DNA of 63,213 nucleotides, filler included, from Octopus bimaculoides (taxonomy: Eukaryota), in the NCBI RefSeq assembly GCF_001194135.2. It is 11 parts of 8 records of this genome, joined end to end, with 100 filler letters (N's around TTAATTAATTAA, not from the genome) between each part and the next. Parts side by side here need not be neighbours in the genome. Positions count along the whole stretch, not along the records: positions 25,289 to 29,685 come from NC_068989.1; positions 29,786 to 36,947 come from NC_068991.1; positions 37,048 to 45,447 come from NC_068984.1; 8 more parts are not named here. One strand, written 5' to 3'. Positions within the stretch are counted from its first letter, which is position 1; each line of letters starts with the position of its first letter. The position numbers and the translations under genes are program-made. Under the pieces are notes generated by a model that saw nothing but the letters and a program-made list of their open reading frames with translations, was not told the DNA's origin and did no database searches. Below are positions 26,735-37,292 of this stretch, piece by piece.

Positions 26735-28115
26735 ACACACTCACACACCCACACACCCACACACCCACACACACATACACAAGGACACATGCACTCAGAG
26801 AGATTGAGAGGGAAGCGGGGAGGACTGTCAGGGAAATTTTCCTTCTACATATACAGAGATCTCGCGCTTAATATTATATAGCATAATACAAATCAGATCT
26901 ATTTTAAATGTTACTTTTATGTATTAACATGGTATTATAAGATAGTTTTTTTTCTTCTTCTCATTGTGTTTATCCGCAATGGTAAACACAATAATCGTGG
27001 TCCATCAATCCAAATTGTATCATCTTTTCGATTCGATACTTATTATGTTCTATCGAAGTGCTTCTTTTATATTCTACCCCCGCAGCAAACCCTTTAGAAC
27101 TACTCGTGAGGTTCATTAAACCAATTCCTTACATCTATTGACTACTTTAAAAGTAACTATTATTATAGTGTTTGTTTACGGCTGCCTGGGAAAAAATGTT
27201 GTTTTGCTAAACTCTCATTATTATAGTCTGCTAGGTGTGGTAAGCAGCTTACAAATTATAATAATCTTTTATTTCATTTTAGTTTCTTAGACCGAAGGCC
27301 TGTCTTTTGAACTTATGACTCTTATTGTTCAAACGAGACGCCATTTTCATTGTTATTATAAATTTTCTTCAGCATTAATTTTGCCTGCACTATCTTCAAT
27401 GATTGTTCAATGTTTTCTGGGGGCTTCTAAAACAGAATGTTTACTCAAACGAAACTGTAATCATTTATACGGCTAATAATAATAATGATCCTTTCTACTA
27501 TAGGCACAAGACCTGAAATTTGGGGGTAAGGGGATAGTCGATTACATCAACCCCCAGTGTTTCACTAGTACTTAATTAATCGACCCCAAAAAAATGAAAG
27601 GCAACGTCGACCTCGACTAAATTTAAACTTAGGACGTAAAGAGCCGGAAGAAAAGTCATTAAACATTCTATCCGACGCGCTAGCATTTCTGCCAGTCCGC
27701 CCCCTTGATAATACTAGTAGCAATGGTTTCTTTATTAACCACTAAGCGTTTACAAACACTATTTGTAGGGTTCACTATATATCTTTCTCTAATTCATTTT
27801 CTCCTATTGCTATTTCATTGTTAAATGTGTTTTTTTTATTATTGTTAGGGCGGGGAACTGGCAGAATCGTTAGCACGCTGGATAAAATGCTTAGAGGCAT
27901 TTTGTCTGTCTTTAGGTTCTGAGTTCAAATTCCACCGAGGTCGACTTTGCGTTCATCTCTTACAGAGTCGATAAAATAAGTACCAGTTGAACACTGGGGT
28001 CGATGTAATCGACTAGCTCCCCCCCCACCCAATTTCAGGCCTTGTGTCTATAGCAGGAAGGATTATTATTATTATTATTCAGTGAAGAGTTGTATCTGTA
28101 GGAAAAATTTAAGTT

Positions 28116-28199
28116 AAGTGCTTTTCTTCTCAAAGTGCTTTTCTTCTCAAAGTGCTTTTCTTCTCAAAGTGCTTTTCTTCTCAAAGTGCTTTTCTTCTC
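28116..28199. repeat. 17-bp minisatellite (aagtgcttttcttctca) x5
   Basis: Five near-perfect head-to-tail copies read directly. Confidence 0.9.
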
Positions 28200-28358
28200 T
28201 GAGTTAAAATCCCAATGGCGTCAACTTAAGTTTTCAACTCGTTTTCAGGTCGATAAGATAAGCATTAGTCATACATAAAATGATTCGATTATTTGTACCA
28301 GCCATCTACTATATATTATTTTGTATTAACCGATAATATTATATTTGTTGTATTTCAG

Positions 28359-28508
28359 CATTGTTGTGGACTGCTCCAGAGATACTCCGCATGCACGAAC
28401 CTCCGTCCCGTGGTACACAAGAAGGAGACGTCTATAGCTTTGGCATAATCTTGCATGAGATCGCATTCCGCCACGGACCATTTCCTGCCGAGAGGATGAT
28501 TCCAAAAG
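28359..28508 (+). CDS. Receptor guanylyl cyclase, next kinase-homology domain exon
   Basis: tttgttgtatttcAG | (A)[49 protein letters not shown] g | GTatgg. Phase-compatible with, and contiguous in protein to, exon 25689-25857. Confidence 0.93.
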
Positions 28509-28689
28509 GTATGGAACTCAGTGATGTTTAATCCAGCCTTAAGGATAATGTCCAATGAAATTTCAGATTTTTCTGTTCGTAGTTTTGGTTCAAATATCAA
28601 TGCTTACAGCAGAGTAAACATTCAAATTTGATTAGATGAACGACAAGGCTTACAACAAAGTAAATATTTACGTTACCTTAATAACAATA

Positions 28690-29125
28690 ATAATAATAAT
28701 CCTTTCTATCATAGGCACAAAGCCTGAAATTTTGGGGAGGAGAATAGTCGATTATATTGACCCCAGTACGCAACTGGTACTTAATTTATCGATCTCGAAA
28801 GGATGAAAGGCAAAAACAACCTCGGTGGAATTTGAACTCAGAACGTAAAGACAGACGAAATACCGCTAAGCATTTCACGTGCTAACGTTTCTTACGTCTT
28901 TACTGCCCACAAGGGGCCACACACAGAGGGGACAAACAAGGACAGACAAACGGATTAAGTCGATTATATCGACCCCAGTGTGTAACTGGTACTTATTTAA
29001 TCGACCCCCGAAAGGATGAAAGGCAAAGTCGACCTCGGCGGAATTTGAACTGAGAACGTAGCGGCAAACGAAATACCGCCAAGCACTTCGCTCGGCGTGC
29101 TAACGTTTCTGCCAGCTCACCGCCT
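28690..29125 (-). mobile_element. Two tandem SINE copies, one full-length with extended 3' tail
   Basis: Reverse complement of the ggcggtgagctggcagaaacgttagc... family. The copy at about 28897-29125 carries the gtcccctctgtgtg.ggccccttgtgggcagtaaag tail. Confidence 0.8.
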
Positions 29126-29685
29126 TCAGGAAAGGAAATATTGATTCATAGTCCTTACTGTTAATAATATTGTTTCAAATTTAGACATAAGGATAACAAT
29201 TTTGAGGGGAGGAGGTCAGTCGATACCTTCGACCTTAGTATTTGGCTGATGCTTAATTTTCTGAACAATGAACAAAGCTGACCATTGCAGGATTTGAACT
29301 CAGAATGTAAATAGCTGGTAGAAACTGTGCAAAGCATTTTCCCGGTGCTGCAATGATTCTGTTAATCCTGTTTTTTGTTGTTAATACTGATATGAATCCG
29401 TAAGACAGCAAACTAGCAGAATCGTTAGATCACCGAACCAAATACTTATCGGCATTTTGTTTGTCTTTATGTTCTGAGTTCAAATTCCTCCCTGGTTGTT
29501 TTTTTTTCTTTTTTGTCTTTCATCCTTTCAGAATTGGTAAAATAAGTACAAGTTGAGCGTTGCAGTCGATGTAATCACTTACCCCATCGCCGCCGAATTG
29601 CTGGCCTTGTGCCAAAATTTGAAATCAATATTAATGTTTTTTTTTTTTGTGTTGATTATATTTAGATATTGTTGGTCGAGTACGT

Positions 29686-29785
29686 NNNNNNNNNNNNNNN
29701 NNNNNNNNNNNNNNNNNNNNNNNNNNNNNTTAATTAATTAANNNNNNNNNNNNNNNNNNNNNNNNNNNNNNNNNNNNNNNNNNNN
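29686..29785. other. Artificial 100-bp scaffold gap (44N-TTAATTAATTAA-44N); one of ten
   Basis: The same spacer occurs at 21883, 25233, 29730, 36992, 45492, 47203, 51564, 53049, 58606 and 61075. The 12-mer has stop codons in all six frames. Confidence 0.95.
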
Positions 29786-29934
29786 GACCTGTGGTCTCGA
29801 TCATTGAATATGAAACTGATCATTTCTAAGACGATCTGAAGTTAGATATATGTGTTTTATTTCACAATTAACAACTGAAATCTGGTCCGATACATACATG
29901 CATGCGTGCATACATACATGCATACATACATACA

Positions 29935-29967
<33 letters not shown>

Positions 29968-30104
29968 GCCTACATTCGTTCATTCATAGATGCATATTTA
30001 CATCTGTACATACACGTACATTCAAATACATGTCTATTTTGTGAGTTATAAAAATGTATAACAAAAGCTATTTCGTATGTATCTAAATAATTATTTAATT
30101 GATC

Positions 30105-30430
30105 TTAAGGTGTATTTCAACACATTATACGTGCAAGAAAATCACTCCAATTTCAAGAAACTTGGCCTGCGTAAAACAAGAAAATAACAAACTCTTTAAT
30201 GTCACCATAAGATGCAACGATGAGACACAAAAATCTGATATAATTTCTGGAACAAATTAGCAAGATGTTCATAAAAATCTAATATAGGCTTATATAGCGA
30301 TGATGGCCCAACCATTTCCGGCTAAGAAATTGACAAATTCAGAAGAAATGTAACAAAGACCTTTAAAGAATTCGACATAAAAATAACAGTAGACACCAAC
30401 AAATCTCTGACAAACTACCTTAACGCTCGA
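30105..30430 (+). mobile_element. Penelope-like element reverse transcriptase fragment
   Basis: Frameshifted HIIRARKSL...FNVTIRCND...NIGLYSDDG...EIDKFRRNVTKTFKEFDIKITVDTNKSLTNYL matches the PLE RT motifs FDVTMGSYDG / IGLYRDDG / ITI..N....NYLDV. Confidence 0.8.
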
Positions 30431-31081
30431 AACACACCTTGCAAGCTTCAGGGTCATCGGACTGTAGGATATGCGTTTCTGTGTTGTTGCACATCATCAG
30501 CAATAGATATAATAAATTTGCTGTTGCCTGTAAGCTTTGTCAAGCTGGAATTGGTTAATCAGTAGCGCACTTAGCAGTCATGATTAATGAACTATGGATT
30601 CAGTGTCTGTGACTTATGAAGTGTAACGATGCAGAAACATGTATCGTACAAACTTCATTCATAGCCCAGCGTGGTGCATTTTCACACACATTGACTATGA
30701 GGAGACTTTCGGTCTTGATACGGTTTCCAAAGCGAAGAGCTTTTCATGTTTGAGTGTTCACAAGCGTGTTGTATACAATTTCATTTTGACCATCACTACT
30801 TATTGTACCTCTAATTAATTGATTCCAGCTGAACAAGGCTTTGCACACAACCACAAATTTTTTTTCTGTTGAAAATGAGAATGGCAGCTCATAATGAGCT
30901 GCGAACGACAAATTCAGTAACTGACCATCGTAACAATGTAGAAACAAGTGTCTTCCACTTCCCTGACAGTTTCCGTAATGGCGATCTGTCTAAATTTGAT
31001 TGTACGCGAACGTGTTAAAAATAAATCACAGAACTTTATAATAATTTTCGCTGCTTAGTGTACCTCAAGTATATTTATATG

Positions 31082-31416
31082 CAGGGTGTGTAAGGTATTT
31101 GAGGATGTGCTTTTTTGGGTCATTGCTGCATTTTTTGCTAACTCTGTATAATCTGTTTCAGAAAATAATAATGGCGGACCCTCAGCTTACTCAAGGAATG
31201 AAGAGGCATGCTGTTATTGAGGTTATAAAGGCTGAGTATAGCGGTTTAGAAATACCTCAATTAAAAAAATTTTTAACAGTCGCATGAAACGATCGTACTG
31301 CATTAACTTTGGATATCCTGGTTGCTTATTTTGATTTTAATCACCTTATTTTGAAATTGTATGGATAATACTATACTTAATTCTGGTGCCTAAACTTAAT
31401 TACCATATTCACCTTG
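31082..31416 (+). mobile_element. Internally deleted Tc1/mariner element
   Basis: MADPQLTQGMKRHAVIEVIKAEYSGLEI resembles a Tc1/mariner transposase HTH start. Imperfect terminal inverted repeats: cagggtgtgtaaggtatttgag vs the reverse complement caaggtgaatatggtaattaag. Confidence 0.55.
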
Positions 31417-31458
31417 AATCTCTCTCTCTCTCTCNNNNNNNNNNTCTATCTATCTATC

Positions 31459-31508
<50 letters not shown>

Positions 31509-31563
31509 AATTTATACACATATACATCAACAAATATAACATCAGAATTTTGCGCAAACTTAC

Positions 31564-31845
31564 CCTATAAGGAATATGATTATGGTAATTCTTCTCGCCA
31601 AGGGATCTTGAAATATTGTGTGGAATCCTTCTTCCTTGATCTCAGCTTGTTGGGTCAAGTCTTCTTTCGAAGGGGTCCCTTTTCTGTTGTCGCTATTCAC
31701 TAATGGAATCAAAGATGACATCATGTTATTTCCCCAGATACGATCAAAATCGACACCGTTGTATTTGGAGGCTCTTTTGATGATTTTCTTTGATCGTTCC
31801 ACGAAACCATTTGTCACCACCCATCTTAAAGATTCCTCAAGGAAC
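31564..31845 (-). CDS. SLC22 / organic cation transporter-like MFS protein, exon for the post-TM6 central loop into TM7
   Basis: caataaacAG | (W)FLEESLRWVVTNGFVERSKKIIKRASKYNGVD...GFHTIFQDPLARRITIIIFLIG | GTaagt. 282 nt, phase 2-2; variant of the PESPRW motif. Confidence 0.88.
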
Positions 31846-32196
31846 CTGTTTATTGAGGCAAAATACAATTGAAAGAATAAGAGAATGAATGAATAAGTGA
31901 ATGAGTGAATGAAAGAATGAAAATGTTTATTTTTTCGAGATGAAGAACAATAAAGAGAAAAATAGGAAGAAATGGGAGGAGGAAAAAGGAGAAGCAAAAA
32001 CTAGCAGCAGCGGGGGTTGCAGTAATAGTGCAGCAACATGAAGCAGCAGCAGTAGCAGTAGCAGCAGCACTGTTGCTGCTGCATTTTCAAGGGTCTGGGG
32101 CAGTTATGATCAATGTATGCCGTGGCTTGCTGTCAATAAATGCAAAAGGGCCGAATGCATTGATTTAACTGGGGCTTATGATACTGTTAAGATGGC

Positions 32197-32244
<48 letters not shown>

Positions 32245-32255
32245 CAGCAGCATTG

Positions 32256-32550
32256 AAGGCACGTGGCTTAGTGGTTAGGGTAATCGGCTCAAGATCGTGA
32301 GGTCGTGAGTTCGATTCCCGGCAGCGCGTTGTGTCCTTGAGCAAGATACTTTATTTCATATCGCTTCTGTCCACTCGGCTGGCAAAAATGTGTAGTACCA
32401 GTATTTCAAAAGGGGCCAGCATTGTCAGATTCGGTGTCATGTTGAATCTCCCTGAGAACTACGTTAAGGGTACACGTGTCTGTGGAGTACTCAGCCACTT
32501 GCAAGTTAATTTTACGAGCAGACTGGAACCCTCGTCATAACCGACGGACA
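32256..32550 (+). mobile_element. tRNA-derived SINE with conserved central domain
   Basis: A box tggcttagtggttagg and B box gagttcgattccc. The core gagaactacgttaagggtacacgtgtctgtggag is shared with 38250-38625 and about 55630-55710. Confidence 0.8.
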
Positions 32551-32693
32551 GCCAGTTAGTAGTATTAGTAGTAGCAGCAGCAGTAATATGAACAAAACGT
32601 GACTAACAGCAAAAGAACGACTGAGAAAAAAAGAACAAAACAAAAAGAAAAAAAAACAGAAAATAAAGCAAAAAACATAAAAATCAAACTTAC

Positions 32694-32886
32694 CAGAATT
32701 GAAAGAACACAATGGCGTGTGTAGCTGAGAAGACGATATTATTTATTCTCCAGTTGTAGTTTCGAAACAAGTAAGCAATGGGACCGAATGGCACGACACA
32801 CGAACCCCATACGACGCCAGTCAAGCCGCACATTAATGTCTTGCTAGAGACTGGAAAATGCTCCAGCATGATTGTAAAACAAGATA
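32694..32886 (-). CDS. SLC22 / organic cation transporter-like protein, exon for the TM4 end through TM6
   Basis: gggcctttcAG | ..SCFTIMLEHFPVSSKTLMCGLTGVVWGSCVVPFGPIAYLFRNYNWRINNIVFSATHAIVFFQF tg | GTaagt. The phase 2 end joins the next exon to give FW-FLEESLRW. Missed by the ORF track because it has no qualifying ORF. Confidence 0.88.
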
Positions 32887-33179
32887 CTGAAAGGCCCTAT
32901 CAATAAATAAATAAAATAAATAATATTAATGATAATAATAAAAGTCTTTTCTATCATAAGCACAAGGCCTGAAATTTGGGGGGGAGGGGGCCAGTCGATT
33001 AGATCGACCCCAGTACACAACTGGTACTTAATTTATCGACCTCCGAAAGGATGAAAGGCAAAGTCGACCTCGGCGAAATTTGAACTCGGAACGTAGCGAC
33101 GGGCGAAATACTGCCAAGCTTTTCGTCCAGCGTGCTGAACAATTCTGCTAGCTCACCGCCTTTAATAATAATGATAATA

Positions 33180-33228
<49 letters not shown>

Positions 33229-33229
<1 letters not shown>

Positions 33230-34380
33230 CTTACTATAATGGGCGTTATGTCCGTCTGTCTGTCTGTTCCTTCTTTACGGTCAAACGGCTTGACCAATGG
33301 TCACGATGTTTTTCAGGATTACGAAGGAGGTAACCAGGAAGGTTTTTAGCGAAAAAAATGTAAAAAAGTATGATTATTTAGTGGAATANNNNNNNNNNNN
33401 NNNNNNNNNNNNNNNNNNNNNNNNNNNNNNNNNNNNNNNNNNNNNNNNNNNNNNNNNNNNNNNNNNNNNNNNNNNNNNNNNNNNNNNNNNNNNNNNNNNN
33501 NNNNNNNNNNNNNNNNNNNNNNNNNNNNNNNNNNNNNNNNNNNNNNNNNNNNNNNNNNNNNNNNNNNNNNNNNNNNNNNNNNNNNNNNNNNGGGTTTAGA
33601 TTTGCGATACTATCCCTTTATTTCCCATCGTAGTTGGGCAGATTTGCTATCTTTACTATAATGAGTGTTATGTTTGTCTCTCTGTCCGTCTGTCCGTCTC
33701 TTTGTCTGTTCCCTCTTCATGGCCAGACGGCTGAACCAATGGTAATGATATTTTTCGGGATTACGAAAACTGTCGCCAGGAAAGTTTTTAGCATTAAAAA
33801 AAATCAGAAAGTTTGATTATTTCGTGGATATCGATTTTTGAATTGATAAATCAACTTCGCATTTTTATTAAAAATTCACCGACCACGAGTAACTCTGGAT
33901 TTTCATTGTATATTTCATGACCCCATCGTAGATACGAAGTCGGTCGCGAGGACCGTTAATAGCGAAAATAAAATGGAAAAAATGTGTGTCAGTATATAGT
34001 GTGTGTGATAATTTAGTGGTTATTGAAGTGCGTCAGTTTCGAGCAGGATTCGAAACGGCTAATCGAAGCGGGTGTTGTTTACATCTCAGATTTGTCTATC
34101 AAAATAACCCATGGTACCAGAACATCCAGACATTTTTCGCATAAAACAGTGAGAAGTAAGTCTTAGTTTGATTTATTGCAACCCTAAAGATTCCGTTCGC
34201 GCATTCACAGCAAACAAGGCACAGAACCAGACTTTAGATTGTGTAGGTGTATTTTTACCCACTCCGATGTTTACACATGGCCAGTTATAACGTCGCTATG
34301 TGTAGAGCAATGGACTCCAGTAATTTGAAAATTAGCGTCGATCAAACAGAAAATATCATCTACAAAGAAGTTTTGTAATT
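33229..34380 (+). mobile_element. Helitron: two tandem 5' ends plus PIF1-like helicase C-terminal remnant
   Basis: TC...tactataat starts at 33229 and about 33650, each followed by (tctg)n. 34201-34378 translates AFTANKAQNQTLDCVGVFLPTPMFTHGQL/VAMCRA...ENIIYKEVL*, the Helitron helicase motifs V-VI. Confidence 0.8.
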
Positions 34381-34767
34381 ATATTGATATTATCGAAAGG
34401 AAAATGATTCATAATCTAAATAAGGAGATTTGTGAACTTTAAATGTATAAGAGTATGAACAAGTGTAAAATAGTGTAAACAACTAAAATAAAAGTATATC
34501 TAAATAACATTTTTTCTCAATACTTTTTATGTAGTGGTCGAAGGAAGCTCTGGCTTTTGTTAGGAGTGGTCCACATAACCATTCATTATACATTGTCATC
34601 ACATGTCACTTAGTCACAAATACGTGTCATATAGCTGCAATAGACTGCTGTATCACCGACAATAATGTAATTTCTCTAAGACATCACCCAATAATCTATC
34701 AAGTCCATTTACACATTTCTCAATACATTCTCCCTCATTTTATGCCTCCATCATAGATGGGTAGATT

Positions 34768-34814
<47 letters not shown>

Positions 34815-34853
34815 GTAGTAGTAGTAGTAGTAGTAATAACAACAACAACAATA

Positions 34854-34888
<35 letters not shown>

Positions 34889-34916
34889 AATAATAATAAT
34901 GATGATGATGATGATG

Positions 34917-34954
<38 letters not shown>

Positions 34955-34956
34955 CG

Positions 34957-36706
34957 TTTCTTTATTGGCCACAAGGGCTGAACACAAAACAAATAGGGAC
35001 AATACAAAACTAGGGACACGTAGGGTTTAGCAGAAAATTTGAGTAAACAATAAAATAACAATGTCAATTAACAATACAGTTAAACAATAAAAATTTCCGA
35101 AGTGGGGAGTTCCTCACTGGGACAACCGAAAGACCCCAAACTCCGGGTTACTCCGACTGCCAGATGCACCTCGGCAGGCACCTCTCACCTTCTCAACACC
35201 TCCGGTTTATAAGCGAATGTTCAGAGTAGGCCAATTCATATGAGCCATCCTCTCCACATTCACCCATCTTTCAACGGAAATACTGAGGGTGGGGGCAGAA
35301 CTTCCCTCTCCATCCTTATTTTCCTTTCCAGGTGGAACTTGAAAAAGTCGATGAGGGCATGGCCGAAGAGGAACGCTTCTGTTTTCAGTTCTTTCTCTCT
35401 CGTCTACCCTACTATCTCCTTCGTCATAGCCACCAGACAGAGGAAAACTACCTTTCCTTCCTGGTCAAAAGAAGGCAGTGGAACAATCTTCACGATGGAC
35501 CCGGCTGATAACCGGATCCGTCCTGCACGCGCCAACAGCTGTTCGACAAAGCTCCAGAAGTCAGTAGACGAGTGCATGCAATACAGTTTCATCGCCCTGC
35601 ACATATCTCGGACAGGTTCGTCTGACAGCATTTCCCTGTCTGTAGAGATCGTCTCGAACCGGCAGAGCTCCCTGGCATCACTGCCACGCCAGAGATTTCT
35701 GGAAATAATGCCCCAGTTAAAGCGTACACAGCGACTAGTTTGAAAGCACCACCTTCGCTGTTACTCATGTCCAGGACCGCCAACTTAACTGCCGGGTCCA
35801 GGAAGATCGTCCGTACCTCAAGATCCAGGCCTTTCCTAAACAGCACTGTCGCTCCACCTTCCATTCCAGGCCGAAAATGGGGGTTAGACGCATGTGTCGG
35901 AAATTATGGTTTCGCTGATGGTTTTAACGTATATAGATAGTGACTTGAGGTCGTTGAGTGGTGACCCTGCTTCCAGGGTAGCCCCAGGTCACGAACATTT
36001 ACACAACCCGCTTTAATCATTCACATGCCGGCCGGAATATAGCTGCAAGAAAGAAAAAGAGCGAGGTTACTTACCCTGCCGGCGCTGTTGGTGGCCGGAT
36101 AGCCTGACCTCCGGATCTGGTTGTAGTTTCTCTGGGAATCCCTTTAAAAGTCTTTTGGAGGCTATCATATTATGGACCCAACGTCGTGTCGGAAGACCTC
36201 CCGAATGATTTTCTATGTTGTTAGTGGCATACGCACTAACAACAGTTCTTCCGGCACTCTAAGAGTGATGGTGCCATGTATTGCTCCATTCTCTATCTCT
36301 CTTTATTTCGGGCTATGAGGATGATGAGATCTTTATTTGCTCTCCTCATTAGCACAAAACTCGGAGTTTGAGAATTTAGCAGTTCTTCAGAAAGTTTTCT
36401 TTTGGGGGCGAGGTGGGGTTGTGCTGGTGGTGGTAGCTTTTGTTGTACTAACGGTTGTGGAGCAGGTGGGGGATTGTTATCTGTGTTACTGTGTCTGTTG
36501 TGTGTGCGATGTTTGTGTTGTCCGATGTTTGTGTTGGTGTGAGGGCCGAATGTTTTTCTCCAGCGCTTTCTTTTTGACTTTTTGTGACTTTCCTTGTTCC
36601 TCGTCATCACTTCGGAATCTGTAGGAATCGGAATGTGTGAATCCGTCCCCGATAAGGGTGAGTGAATACTTGTGTTTCTGTGGCCGTCTATGTGTGAGTG
36701 TGTGTT

Positions 36707-36758
<52 letters not shown>

Positions 36759-36947
36759 CTGGGTTGGGGAAAGCTCTGAGTGGTCCTCTCTTTTGAAGTA
36801 TTTGTCCGTTTTGATTGTGATGATGACGGTGGTGCTGTTGGGGCTGTTGTTGCTGCTGCTACTGATGCTGCTGCTTCTGAAGCTGCTGTTGCTGCTGCTT
36901 CTGCTGCTGCCGGTCCTTTCGCCGGTGTGGTTCTTTCTTGAAATGCT
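34957..36947 (-). mobile_element. Tx1/L1-like LINE lacking RT: ORF1 tail, APE endonuclease, C-terminal Zn-knuckle region and 3' UTR
   Basis: EN fragment GGATVLFRKGLDLEVRTIFLDPAVKLAVLDMSNSEGGAFKLVAVYA abuts FQKSLAWQ*CQGALPVRDDLYRQG..TCPR..GDETVLHAL at about 35706. The 3' UTR ends in caataaagaaa followed by an (ATT)n-type repeat. Confidence 0.8.
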
Positions 36948-37119
36948 NNNNNNNNNNNNNNNNNNNNNNNNNNNNNNNNNNNNNNNNNNNNTTAATTAAT
37001 TAANNNNNNNNNNNNNNNNNNNNNNNNNNNNNNNNNNNNNNNNNNNNATGGACGCTGATTACTCACGTTCATAGTCTAAGTTTGGTTTCTGAAATTTTGA
37101 ATTTTCAATCACCTTTTGG

Positions 37120-37164
37120 TTTGAACTTGAGAAAGACAGACGTTCTGTCGAAATGTTGTTCAAA
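37120..37164 (+). other. Decayed minimal type-I hammerhead ribozyme motif (Penelope pLTR-type)
   Basis: tttgaac-ttgagaa-a-gacaga(cgt)tctgtc-GAAA-tgtt-gttcaaa. Stems I (7 bp) and II (6 bp) pair perfectly; the core deviates from CUGANGA and GAAACGUH by transitions. Confidence 0.5.
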
Positions 37165-37241
37165 AAATAAAACATCTAAAATCGCGCTCTTCGTTTTGAC
37201 TATTTACCTTCGTGAAGAGTTACGTCAATCCTTTTTTTAAA

Positions 37242-37292
<51 letters not shown>

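Noticed and set aside
32256-32335. tRNA-like sequences (also about 18310, 25360, 38560-38625, 56550)
   Set aside because: A/B boxes lead into shared SINE bodies and no complete cloverleaf is seen; SINE heads, not tRNA genes.
34098-34156. Plus-strand AG...GTAAGT exon-like segment as the next cyclase exon
   Set aside because: Translation does not match the GC sequence expected after MIPK, and it lies inside a Helitron remnant.
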